Below are positions 9,765 to 21,069 of a stretch of 21,069 nt of DNA, one piece after another. A program made the translations under genes and the position numbers. A model generated the notes under the pieces. It saw nothing but the letters and a program-made list of their open reading frames with translations, was not told the DNA's origin and made no database searches. The stretch comes from Myxococcota bacterium (GTDB lineage: Bacteria; Myxococcota_A; Polyangia; Polyangiales; Sandaracinaceae). Position 1 is the stretch's first letter; each line of letters begins with the position of its first letter. The DNA lies in assembly GCA_036149055.1 (NCBI GenBank), contig JAYZQJ010000255.1, positions 1 to 21,069 on the forward strand, in the 5' to 3' direction.

Positions 9765-10730
9765 TCAGAGGCGCGCGCGGAGGGCGCGCTGCGCCTCGCG
9801 CCTCTGATCGTGGCGCTCCCGGGCCTCGCGCTCGGCGGGCGCCTCCGGGGAGTCGACGGTGATCGACGGCGGCTCGCGGTACCTCACCGACGACAGGTAG
9901 GTGGTGAACGGACCCTCGTGGGCGGTGGTCTGGTAGTCGATGCGCTGCCCGGCGCTGAAGTTGCCGAGCTCGATGTGGATCAGCTCGTTCACCGGCAGGC
10001 CGTCGACGATCGGCATGACCGTCACCTGCGGGGCCCGGACGCGCCCCTCGACGATCTCGAGCTGGCCCTCGACCGCCCAGTGCGTGTCGCCGCCGTAGGG
10101 CGCCACGATGCGCGCGCCCTCGTTCCGGATCGCGTGCGTCGGCCGCGCCGTCTCGCTCCCGTACCCGAACCAGACGTAGCGGAGCTCGGCGACCCGCGAG
10201 AGGTCGAGCACGCCGGAGGCGTTGCCGTAGCCGATGCCGAGCCCCCCGCGGGGCGGGATGCAGGAGGACACGATCGTGTCGATCCACGGCTCGCCGTCGA
10301 CGGTGAGCCCGAGGAACGCGATCTGCGAGCCGGCGTCGTCCATCACGTCGATGTCGAGCGTCAGGTTGCAGAGGGCCAGGGTCGGGTCGTCGTTCCGGAT
10401 CACCGTGTAGATCTGGGTGATCCTGCCGGTCTCGCTCGGCACGATGTTCAGGGCCTGCAGCGACAGGCCCTCCCAGCTCTCGTGGCCCACGTGCGTGGCC
10501 GGCACGTCGGGGTGGAAGCCGCGCGCGACCCCCGGCGTCTCGCCCGCGTCGAGCGCGGCGTCCGCCGGGCCTCCGTCGCGCGCCGGGACGGAGCGGCCTC
10601 CGTCGTAGCCGATCATCGCGGCGTCGAAGGTGAGGACCTCGTCGCCGGGGACCCTGAGCGGCGGAGGGCCTCCGTCGCAGCCGGCGAGGGCGAGCGCGAG
10701 GGCGACGGAGCGAGAGATCCAGGACTTCAT
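9765..10730 (-). CDS. Hypothetical lipoprotein, beta-rich
   Basis: MKSWISRSVALALALAGC lipobox from ATG 10730, DAG/DGG linker and coding-like GC3. Confidence 0.8.
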   Translation of the reverse strand: MKSWISRSVALALALAGCDGGPPPLRVPGDEVLTFDAAMIGYDGGRSVPARDGGPADAALDAGETPGVARGFHPDVPATHVGHESWEGLSLQALNIVPSETGRITQIYTVIRNDDPTLALCNLTLDIDVMDDAGSQIAFLGLTVDGEPWIDTIVSSCIPPRGGLGIGYGNASGVLDLSRVAELRYVWFGYGSETARPTHAIRNEGARIVAPYGGDTHWAVEGQLEIVEGRVRAPQVTVMPIVDGLPVNELIHIELGNFSAGQRIDYQTTAHEGPFTTYLSSVRYREPPSITVDSPEAPAEREARERHDQRREAQRALRARL

Positions 10731-10753
10731 GTCCCGACGCGTATCATGAATCG

Positions 10754-10781
10754 TTGCGCATGAGGATTGCGACGTGCGCAA
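10754..10781. promoter_or_regulatory. Candidate operator, inverted repeat TTGCGCA-N14-TGCGCAA
   Basis: Perfect 7-bp inverted repeat in the relatively AT-rich 100-bp gap between divergent genes. Confidence 0.4.
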
Positions 10782-10830
10782 ACCCCGGGGCACCGTGACG
10801 CACACGGCGCGCTCGGTCTACCCTCCCGCC

Positions 10831-11724
10831 ATGCGTGTGGGCGTGGTGGGCATGGGGTGGGTCGGCGCGTCGGTGGCGAGCTCGCTCCTGCATGGCGGGG
10901 TCCGGGAGCTCTGGCTGGCGGACGCCAAGCCCGGGCTGGCCGAGGGGGAGGCGATGGATCTCGCCCACGCGGCGAGCCTGCTGCGCCGGGTGAAGGTCGA
11001 GGCCCGCGCGATCGCCGACATGCGGGGCGCCGACGCGGTCGTGGTCGCGGCCGGCCACGGCGGCGGGCCCGACGAGACCCGGCTGTCGTTGCTCTCGCGC
11101 AACGCGGAGATCGTGCGCTCGATCGCGTCCGACCTGCGCGGCTTCACCGGGCTGCTCGTGATGGTCACCAACCCGGTCGACGTGCTCACCCGGGTGATGG
11201 TCGACGCGAGCGGGCTGCCGCCGGAGCGGGTGCTCGGGACGGGCACGCTGCTCGACACCGCGCGGCTCCGCGAGCGGCTCGGTCGCCGCCTCGAGCTGGA
11301 TCCGCGCTCGATCCACGCCCAGGTGATCGGAGAGCACGGCGACTCCGAGGTGGCGCTCTTCTCGTCGGCTCAGGTCGGCGGCATGCCGCTGCGGCGGTGG
11401 CCGGGCTGGGACGCGGCCGAGGAGCCCGCCATCGCCGAGGAGGTGCGGCGCGCCGCCTACGAGATCATCGCGCGCAAGGGCGCGACCAACCACGCCATCG
11501 GCGTCGTGACCGCGCGGCTCCTCGGCTGGGCGCTGCGGGACGAGCGCCGCGTCCTCACGGTCTCGCGGGTGCACGGCGGGCTCGGCGGCGTCGCGACCTC
11601 GCTCCCCGCGGTGGTCGGCCGGGGCGGCGCGACCGAGGTGCTCACCCCCGACATGGACGCGTCCGAGCGCGCCGCCTTCGAGCGGAGCAACGCGGTGCTG
11701 CAGGCCGCGTGGCAGGCGCTGTAG
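10831..11724 (+). CDS. ldh: L-lactate dehydrogenase family (LDH/MDH superfamily) 2-hydroxyacid dehydrogenase
   Basis: GMGWVG Rossmann motif, GEAMDLAH, ETRL, VTNPVDV, GTLLDTARLR, GEHGDS and KGAT. ATG 10831 is preceded by TACCCT-N6. Confidence 0.9.
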   Translation: MRVGVVGMGWVGASVASSLLHGGVRELWLADAKPGLAEGEAMDLAHAASLLRRVKVEARAIADMRGADAVVVAAGHGGGPDETRLSLLSRNAEIVRSIASDLRGFTGLLVMVTNPVDVLTRVMVDASGLPPERVLGTGTLLDTARLRERLGRRLELDPRSIHAQVIGEHGDSEVALFSSAQVGGMPLRRWPGWDAAEEPAIAEEVRRAAYEIIARKGATNHAIGVVTARLLGWALRDERRVLTVSRVHGGLGGVATSLPAVVGRGGATEVLTPDMDASERAAFERSNAVLQAAWQAL

Positions 11725-11774
11725 CGTCGCGGCCGCGCGTTTGCCTGCGCTCGCGGTCGCGCTAAGCCGGCGTC

Positions 11775-12065
11775 ATCGAAGACCTGCGAAAGAAGCTCGA
11801 GTCCGAGATCCTGCCCGCGTCGTGGGCGACGCTGTCGCCGCACGCGGAGCGTAACGCGCTCTTCCTCGTCGGCGCCGGCGCGGCGCTCGCCGACGTGGCG
11901 GTGGCGGTGGCGCGCGACGACCAGGCGGCGGTGAAGGGCTGGGTCGAGGACGGCACCCTCCGGCGTCCGTCCCTCGAGGAGCTCGAGACCTGGAAGACGT
12001 CCCCGATCACCTTCTACTCCGTGATCGTGGCGCCCTTCGTCCTCTGCCAGCCCATCGACGCCTGA
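11775..12065 (+). CDS. DUF2288-like protein (absent from ORF track; no canonical start codon)
   Basis: Manual translation: (I/M)EDLRKKLESEILPASWATLSPHAERNALFLVGAGAALADVAVAVARDDQAAVKGWVEDGTLRRPSLEELETWKTSPITFYSVIVAPFVLCQPIDA*. This fits the DUF2288 pattern (L..E.....W..L..h.....l..V.....L.dVa.a.a.Dd...V..W...G.l...vivaPfVL.Q). Confidence 0.85.
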   Translation: MEDLRKKLESEILPASWATLSPHAERNALFLVGAGAALADVAVAVARDDQAAVKGWVEDGTLRRPSLEELETWKTSPITFYSVIVAPFVLCQPIDA

Positions 12066-12077
12066 TATCCTGCGTCC

Positions 12078-13190
12078 GTGTCGCACGGACTCCGCCAGTT
12101 CTTCCTCGGGACCACCGACGACTGGGGGGACGCGCCCCGCGCGCTCGGCATGGAGGTCACCGCGGGCGGGCAGCTCGCGGGGCTCTGGAACGACGCGGTG
12201 GCGATCCGCGGCTACCACAGCTGGCAGGAGATCGACCTCGGGTACGAGGACGAGAGCGGGCGCGCCGAGACGGACTACCGGTACTACACCGAGCTCTACG
12301 CGATCCTGGAGCCGCCGCTGCGGGCGGGGCTGCGGGTGGACTCCTGGAAGCTGGAGCCGGGCGCGGCGCGGCGGGAGGACGCGTTCCTCATCGGCGACCC
12401 GGAGCTCGACCGGTGCTTCCAGGGCGAGGCGGCGCAGCGCGAGGTGGCGCGCGCCGTCCTGACCGATCCCGCCGTGCGCGGCCTGCTGCTCGAGCAGGCG
12501 AAGACCTGGGCGAAGCTCTGGATCTCGGACCGCTACGTGACCATCGAGCTGCCGAGCTACGAGCGACGGCTGCGCTACGTGAAGCCCGCGCTGGCCGCGG
12601 TCGGGGCGATCGGCGAGGCGGTGCTCCGCGCCCGGGCGCGAGTGGAGACGCCGGAGGAGCAGGCCCAGCGGCGCGCGTGGGCGCAGGTCGCCGAGGGCTG
12701 GGGGCTCACGCTCACGCCGGACGGGGCGCGCATGCAGGGGGCGGTGCGGGGGACCGCGCTCGACGTGCGGGTCTCGCAGGATGGCTGGGGCATGGAGATC
12801 GCGTTGACGCTCCGCGAGGCGCCCGCCTGCGACCTGCGGCTCGTCCGGCAGACGTCGGAGAGCAAACCGTTCGGCGACGGCCTCGTGCAGCGCGTCTTCG
12901 GCATGCAGGACATCGCCATCGGCGACCCCGACTTCGACGCGCGCTTCATCGTCCAGGGCGAGTCGGAGGACGCCGTCCGCGCCCTGCTGCATCCGCAGGC
13001 GCGCGCGCGCCTCCTCGAGGTGCTCGACCGCTTCCCGGCGATGTCGCTCGAGGACGGCCGGCTCGTGGTGCTCGAGAAGCGCCTCGACGATCCCCGCGAG
13101 CTCGACCGCGTGCTGAAGCTCTGCTTCTCGGCCGCGGAGGCGCTGTCACCCGCTCCGTCGAGCCCCGACCGCGGCCCGTTCCGGAGCTGA
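12078..13190 (+). CDS. Hypothetical protein with two homologous halves
   Basis: FLIGDPELDRCFQGEAAQREVARAVLTDPAVRGLLLE versus IAIGDPDFDARFIVQGESEDAVRALLHPQARARLLE. The GTG start has TATCCT-N6 upstream. Confidence 0.85.
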   Translation: MSHGLRQFFLGTTDDWGDAPRALGMEVTAGGQLAGLWNDAVAIRGYHSWQEIDLGYEDESGRAETDYRYYTELYAILEPPLRAGLRVDSWKLEPGAARREDAFLIGDPELDRCFQGEAAQREVARAVLTDPAVRGLLLEQAKTWAKLWISDRYVTIELPSYERRLRYVKPALAAVGAIGEAVLRARARVETPEEQAQRRAWAQVAEGWGLTLTPDGARMQGAVRGTALDVRVSQDGWGMEIALTLREAPACDLRLVRQTSESKPFGDGLVQRVFGMQDIAIGDPDFDARFIVQGESEDAVRALLHPQARARLLEVLDRFPAMSLEDGRLVVLEKRLDDPRELDRVLKLCFSAAEALSPAPSSPDRGPFRS

Positions 13191-15143
13191 GCCGGCGGCG
13201 CGCTCGGCGAGGAGCGCGAGGGCGTAGCTCTCGAGCGCCCGCGGGGTGAAGGGCTTCTGGAGGAGCGCGACCTCGGGGTCGATGTGGCCGCCGCGGCCCT
13301 CGAGCTCGCGCCGCGGGTAGCCGGAGAGGAAGAGCACGGCGAGCGACGGGTCACGGGCGGTGAGCTCCCGCGCGAGCTCCGGGCCGTTCACCGCGCCGGA
13401 GAGGATGACGTCGGACACGAGCAGCTCGGGCGGCGGGCCGGCGTCGAAGAGGCGGCGGGCCTCGTCCGCGTCGGCGGCGCTGTGGACGTCGTAGCCCGCG
13501 CCCCGGAGCACGCGCTCGGCGACCCTTCGCACCGCGTCCTCGTCCTCGACCAGGAGGACGCGCCCGCCGCGCACGGCCACCCGGGCGGCGGAGATCGGCG
13601 TCGGGGGCTCGGCGCTCGCCTCGAGCGGCGCCGCGGGGAGCCGCAGGGTGAAGCGCGTGCCCACGCCCTCCTCCGACGCCACCTCGAGCGCGCCGCCGGA
13701 CTGCTGCGCGAAGCCGAGCACCGACGCGAGGCCGAGGCCGGTGCCCGCGTCCGCCTTGGTCGAGAAGAAGGGCTCGAAGATGCGCTCGCGCAGCGCCTCG
13801 GGGATGCCGACCCCCTCGTCCTCCACCTCGACGAGCACGTCGCCGACCGGGCCCGGGCGCACGCGCAGGGTCAGGGCGCCGCCGGAGGGCATCGCGTCGC
13901 GCGCGTTGGTGGCGAGGTTGAGGAGCGCGTGATCCAGCTCCCGCGCGTCCACCAGCGCCGGCGGCGTGGCCGGGTCGAGGTCGAGGACGAGCTTCACGCG
14001 CTCGCTCACCGCCGTCTGGAGGAGCTTGGTCGAGCGGCGCAGCGCGTCCGGAAGATCGACCGGCCGCGGCTGCAGCGGGCGGCGCCGGGAGAAGGCGAGC
14101 AGGCTGCGCGTGAGGTGCACGCTGCGGTCGGTCGCCTCGAGCGCCTCGCCGGTCAGCTCGTGCACCCCGGCGTCGGCGCTGGCCATCCGGATGAGCTCCA
14201 GGTTGGACAGCACCACCGTCATCAGGTTGTTCAGATCGTGCGCGACGCCCCCGGTGAGCTGGCCGATCGCCTCCATGCGCTGCGAGGCGCGCAGGCGCTC
14301 CTCGGCCGCCGCGCGGGCGTCCAGCATCGTCGCCCACGACGCGGTGATCCCGCCCACCTCGTCCAGCGAGGTCGGCCGGAGGGAGGCGGCGGTGAGGGTC
14401 TCAGGCGCGCGCTGCGAGACGGCGTGCAGCGGCGCGAGGCTCCGTCGCAAGCTCTTGTGCGCCATCCAGGTGCCGGCGGCGGCGACGCCGAGCAAGCCGA
14501 TCCAGAGCGCGACCGTCTCGGGGGCCACGTAGCCGGTGCGATCGAGGTAGTACATGAGCAGCACCGCGTCGACGACGAGCGGCGAGCACAGGCCGAGCAC
14601 GATCAGCTTCGTGCGCAGCGACACCAGGGTCACCCGCACGCCGCGCGGGGCGAGGTGCTCGCCGAGCAGATCGGTGGTGCGGAAGAAGATCGGCAGCAGG
14701 GTGATGAGCGCCGAGGGGAGGGCGCCGAAGCTCGCGTAGGCGTACTCGCCGAGCGAGTAGCGCTGCCCGGTGAGGATCTCGAGGCTCAGGTAGGCCATGA
14801 TGGGCCCGAAGCCGACGTAGACGAGCATGCCGCCGGCGAGCGCGAGCGGCAGGCGCCGGAGCGTCGGCACCCGCGGGGCGCGCCCTTCGTCTTCGGCGCG
14901 CTCGACCTCGAGCAGGACCGCGCGCAGGTGCCGGCCGAGCACGCTCACCATCAGGAGCGTCCAGAGCACGCAGTAGACCCCGGTGAAGGTGACGAGCACC
15001 CGCAGCGCTTCGCCGAGGGTCCAGAAGCCGAGGAACGACTGCAGCGTCGCCGAGACCGCGACCGGCAGCCACATCGCGAGCACGATCATCCACCGGAAGC
15101 GCCGCTCGAGGGAGCGTGAGCGCGGATCGCGGGGAGGGGACAC
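13146..15143 (-). CDS. Membrane-bound hybrid sensor histidine kinase (TM-HisKA-HATPase-REC)
   Basis: About six hydrophobic segments, H-box GVAHDLNNLM, N-box NLATNARDAM, DEGVGI, FEPFFSTK, GTGLGL, and REC motifs LLVEDE/LVSDV/QKPF. Confidence 0.93.
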   Translation of the reverse strand: MSPPRDPRSRSLERRFRWMIVLAMWLPVAVSATLQSFLGFWTLGEALRVLVTFTGVYCVLWTLLMVSVLGRHLRAVLLEVERAEDEGRAPRVPTLRRLPLALAGGMLVYVGFGPIMAYLSLEILTGQRYSLGEYAYASFGALPSALITLLPIFFRTTDLLGEHLAPRGVRVTLVSLRTKLIVLGLCSPLVVDAVLLMYYLDRTGYVAPETVALWIGLLGVAAAGTWMAHKSLRRSLAPLHAVSQRAPETLTAASLRPTSLDEVGGITASWATMLDARAAAEERLRASQRMEAIGQLTGGVAHDLNNLMTVVLSNLELIRMASADAGVHELTGEALEATDRSVHLTRSLLAFSRRRPLQPRPVDLPDALRRSTKLLQTAVSERVKLVLDLDPATPPALVDARELDHALLNLATNARDAMPSGGALTLRVRPGPVGDVLVEVEDEGVGIPEALRERIFEPFFSTKADAGTGLGLASVLGFAQQSGGALEVASEEGVGTRFTLRLPAAPLEASAEPPTPISAARVAVRGGRVLLVEDEDAVRRVAERVLRGAGYDVHSAADADEARRLFDAGPPPELLVSDVILSGAVNGPELARELTARDPSLAVLFLSGYPRRELEGRGGHIDPEVALLQKPFTPRALESYALALLAERAAGSAPERAAVGARRSG

Positions 15144-15216
15144 GACGGTGCGTACGGACGCGCGCCGGCGCGGCGAAGGGGGGCGAGCTGCCCCGTCCTC
15201 GTGCGGTTACGGCAGA

Positions 15217-18999
<3,783 letters not shown>

Positions 19000-19043
19000 G
19001 GGGAACCGAATGGGTACCGCGAATGGAGGGCGGGCGTCGAGGG

Positions 19044-19985
19044 TCAGAGCGCGAACGCCGTCGTCCGCGCGAGGACCAGCGCGCAGGCGAGCGGGCCCAC
19101 CGCGTAGGCGAGGGTCAGCCGAGCCCGGGGCGTGGCCTCGCCGGTGAGGCGCACGACGAGCGCGAAGGCGGCCACCACGAGGAGCTGGCCGAGCTCCACC
19201 CCGAGGTTGAAGCCGAGGAGCGCGGGCGCGATGGCGCCCTCCGGCACGCCGACCTCGGCGAGCGCGCCGGCGAAGCCCAGCCCGTGCAGGAGCCCGAAGC
19301 CGCCGGCCACCAGGGCCGCGTGACGTCGGGTCCAGCGCCGGTCCCGGGCCAGCTCGAGCGCCACGAGCGCGATCGAGAGCGCGATCACCGCCTCCACCGG
19401 GCCGGCGGGCAGCCGCACGAGCCCGAGGGTGGCGAGGGCGAGGGTGATCCCGTGGCCGACGGTGAAGGCGACGGTCGCGGTGAGCCGGGGCCGCCAGCCG
19501 TCGAGCAGGAGGAGCACGCCGAGCAGGAAGAGGAGGTGGTCCCAGCCGAAGAGGATGTGCTCGACGCCGAGGCCGAGGTAGCCGGAGACGACCCCCGAGG
19601 GCGCGGGGGAGAGGGCGACCTCGTCTCCGTCGGCGGCGACGAGGCCCGCCGTGACGCCGTCCGGGCCCTCGATCCGAACCATCACCTGCTCGCCCTCGAG
19701 GCCGCTCACCCCGAACGCCGCGCCGCGCAGGCCGCCTTCGCACCGCAGCCAGACCCGCATCGTCACCTCCGCGCCGGCGGCCTCGCTCACCGGCGGCGCG
19801 ATCGGAGCGCAGCGAGGCGGCACCCGGGGTGAGGCGACGCTCGGCCGGCCCTCGCTCCCGGAGTAGCGGAAGGTCATCGCCACCCGGTCGCCTTCGTCCC
19901 GGACGTGCAGGGCGCCGAAGGAGAGCGGGTGCGCGGCGGCGACGGTCGGCGTCATCGCCAGCGCGAAGACGAGAAGTCCCCTCAC
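19044..19985 (-). CDS. HupE/UreJ family membrane protein (HupE_UreJ_2 type) with N-terminal soluble domain
   Basis: Signal peptide ending AAAHP, GVEHILFGWDHLLF, AFTVGHGITL, FGLLHGLGFAGAL and GFNLGVELGQL. GTGA overlap with the upstream stop. Confidence 0.92.
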   Translation of the reverse strand: MRGLLVFALAMTPTVAAAHPLSFGALHVRDEGDRVAMTFRYSGSEGRPSVASPRVPPRCAPIAPPVSEAAGAEVTMRVWLRCEGGLRGAAFGVSGLEGEQVMVRIEGPDGVTAGLVAADGDEVALSPAPSGVVSGYLGLGVEHILFGWDHLLFLLGVLLLLDGWRPRLTATVAFTVGHGITLALATLGLVRLPAGPVEAVIALSIALVALELARDRRWTRRHAALVAGGFGLLHGLGFAGALAEVGVPEGAIAPALLGFNLGVELGQLLVVAAFALVVRLTGEATPRARLTLAYAVGPLACALVLARTTAFAL

Positions 19986-20779
19986 GACGCTGGCCGCTCC
20001 ACCCGGTACTCCGCGACCAGGGCGTCCACCGCCTCGGTGAAGGCGCGCTCCTCCGCCGCCTCGGCCACGTCCCGCGCCACCTGGGCGCGCACCTCGGAGA
20101 GCGGCAGGCGCCGGCCGGGGCGGCGGGCGGTCACCCGCAGCGCGAACACGCCCCGGGGCGTCGCGATCGGGCCGACCCAGCCGCCTCCGGTCGCTTCGAA
20201 CGCGGCCTCGGCGAGCGCCGGCCCGAGCCGGGTCCGGGCCTGCGCCCGGTCGAGCCCCTCGAAGCGGTCGCCGAGCAGGAAGGGATCCCCGACCGGGGCG
20301 CCGGACGCGATCGCGGCCCGCGCGTCGGCCTCCGCGTCGGCGCGCCGGTCCCGGCTGAACCAGCGCAGCTCGAGATCGAGCGTCTCCGCGGCCCGGTAGC
20401 GCTCGGGGTGGGCGGCGTGGAAGGCGGCGATCGCCTCGTCGCTCGGGGGCGCCGGCGCCGACGTGGTGCGCAGGAGCAGCTCCATCTTCTGCACCATCCG
20501 CCGCCGCACGATCGCGTCGCCGCGGTCGAGCCCGAGCCGGAGCGCCTCCCGGTGCAGCGCCTCGTCGCGCGCGTACGCCGCCACCAGCGCGTCGTCGTCC
20601 GCGTCACGCCCGGCCCGGCGTCGGTGCCGCGCGCGTAGGCCCTCGAGGTAGTCCTCCGAGATCACGATCGGCGCGCGCCCGGTCGTCTCCTCGGGCTCGG
20701 CCACCGCGGCGTGCAGCGCGAACAGCCCCGCGCCGAGCACGACGAAGTGGAGCGCCGGCTCCCTCAGCCATCTCCGCAT
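19982..20779 (-). CDS. PpiC/parvulin-type peptidyl-prolyl isomerase-like membrane-anchored protein
   Basis: MRRWLREPALHFVVLGAGLF anchor, DEALHREALRLGLDRGDAIVRRRMVQKMELL, GDPFLLG and WVGPIATPRGV. ATG 20779 has TACAAC-N6 upstream. Confidence 0.88.
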   Translation of the reverse strand: MRRWLREPALHFVVLGAGLFALHAAVAEPEETTGRAPIVISEDYLEGLRARHRRRAGRDADDDALVAAYARDEALHREALRLGLDRGDAIVRRRMVQKMELLLRTTSAPAPPSDEAIAAFHAAHPERYRAAETLDLELRWFSRDRRADAEADARAAIASGAPVGDPFLLGDRFEGLDRAQARTRLGPALAEAAFEATGGGWVGPIATPRGVFALRVTARRPGRRLPLSEVRAQVARDVAEAAEERAFTEAVDALVAEYRVERPAS

Positions 20780-20855
20780 CCCGAGGTTGTACCCGCAACC
20801 GCGGTCGCGTGGGGCTCGAGGTGCGGCGAGTATTGCCGCAGCTTGTACGCGCGTG

Positions 20856-21069
20856 CTGACCCGAGGCGACGGCAGGCGACGAGCGCAGCGAGGTCGCCGC
20901 ACGCGCCACTCGAGTCGTCCGATCCCGCGGCAGCGGGCGGCCAGCGAGCGCGAAGCGCTTCCACGACACTGACCCGAGACGACGGCAGGCGACGAGCGCA
21001 GCGAGGTCGCCGCACGCGCCACTCGAGTCGTTCGATCCCGCGGCAGCGGGCGGCCAGCGAGCGCGCAGC
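20856..21069. repeat. Tandem pair of a 101-bp structured repeat (period 113 bp), running to the window end
   Basis: 20856-20956 and 20969-21069 differ at 3 of 101 nt, with a 12-nt spacer gcttccacgaca. They are the reverse complement of the element at 142-238. Confidence 0.92.

Noticed and set aside
15176..15200. Hairpin ggggc-gagct-gcccc as a terminator (similarly 11729-11760 and 20822-20840)
   Set aside because: Short or imperfect stems without U-tracts are expected by chance at this GC content.
20856..21069. CRISPR array
   Set aside because: The 101-bp repeats with a 12-nt spacer do not fit CRISPR geometry; only two copies are visible and there are no cas genes.

Overview
A very GC-rich (about 75% by eye), gene-dense bacterial segment. 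Gene content suggests Myxococcota, probably Polyangiales/Sandaracinaceae-like (inference): an RCC1-repeat lipoprotein, a Ser/Thr kinase-ATPase-TPR fusion, a sigma-54 response regulator and DAG-rich lipoproteins. I support 18 protein genes: a 4xCxxC Zn-ribbon protein, an RCC1-repeat lipoprotein, a hypothetical + HEAT-like pair, a secreted hypothetical, a PQQ-like beta-propeller, two further lipoproteins, an extensin-like/LAS metallopeptidase, an AraC regulator divergent from an NtrC/NtrX-type regulator, an LDH-family enzyme, a DUF2288-like gene missing from the ORF track, an internally duplicated hypothetical, a hybrid histidine kinase, a multidomain Ser/Thr kinase, and a PPIase-like + HupE/UreJ pair. 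I see no tRNA, rRNA, CRISPR array, transposase or obvious defence or biosynthetic cluster, and no clear-cut new multi-gene system. Main signals: (1) a TA-initiated -10-like hexamer exactly 6 nt upstream of many start codons, suggesting widespread leaderless genes; (2) a DUF2288-like gene with no canonical start, but with ATC at that leaderless position; (3) a ~100-bp structured repeat at both window ends in inverted orientation; (4) an LDH with Gly at the Q102/R102 specificity site; (5) a frameshifted pectate-lyase-like remnant. Family assignments come from motif recognition, not database searches.
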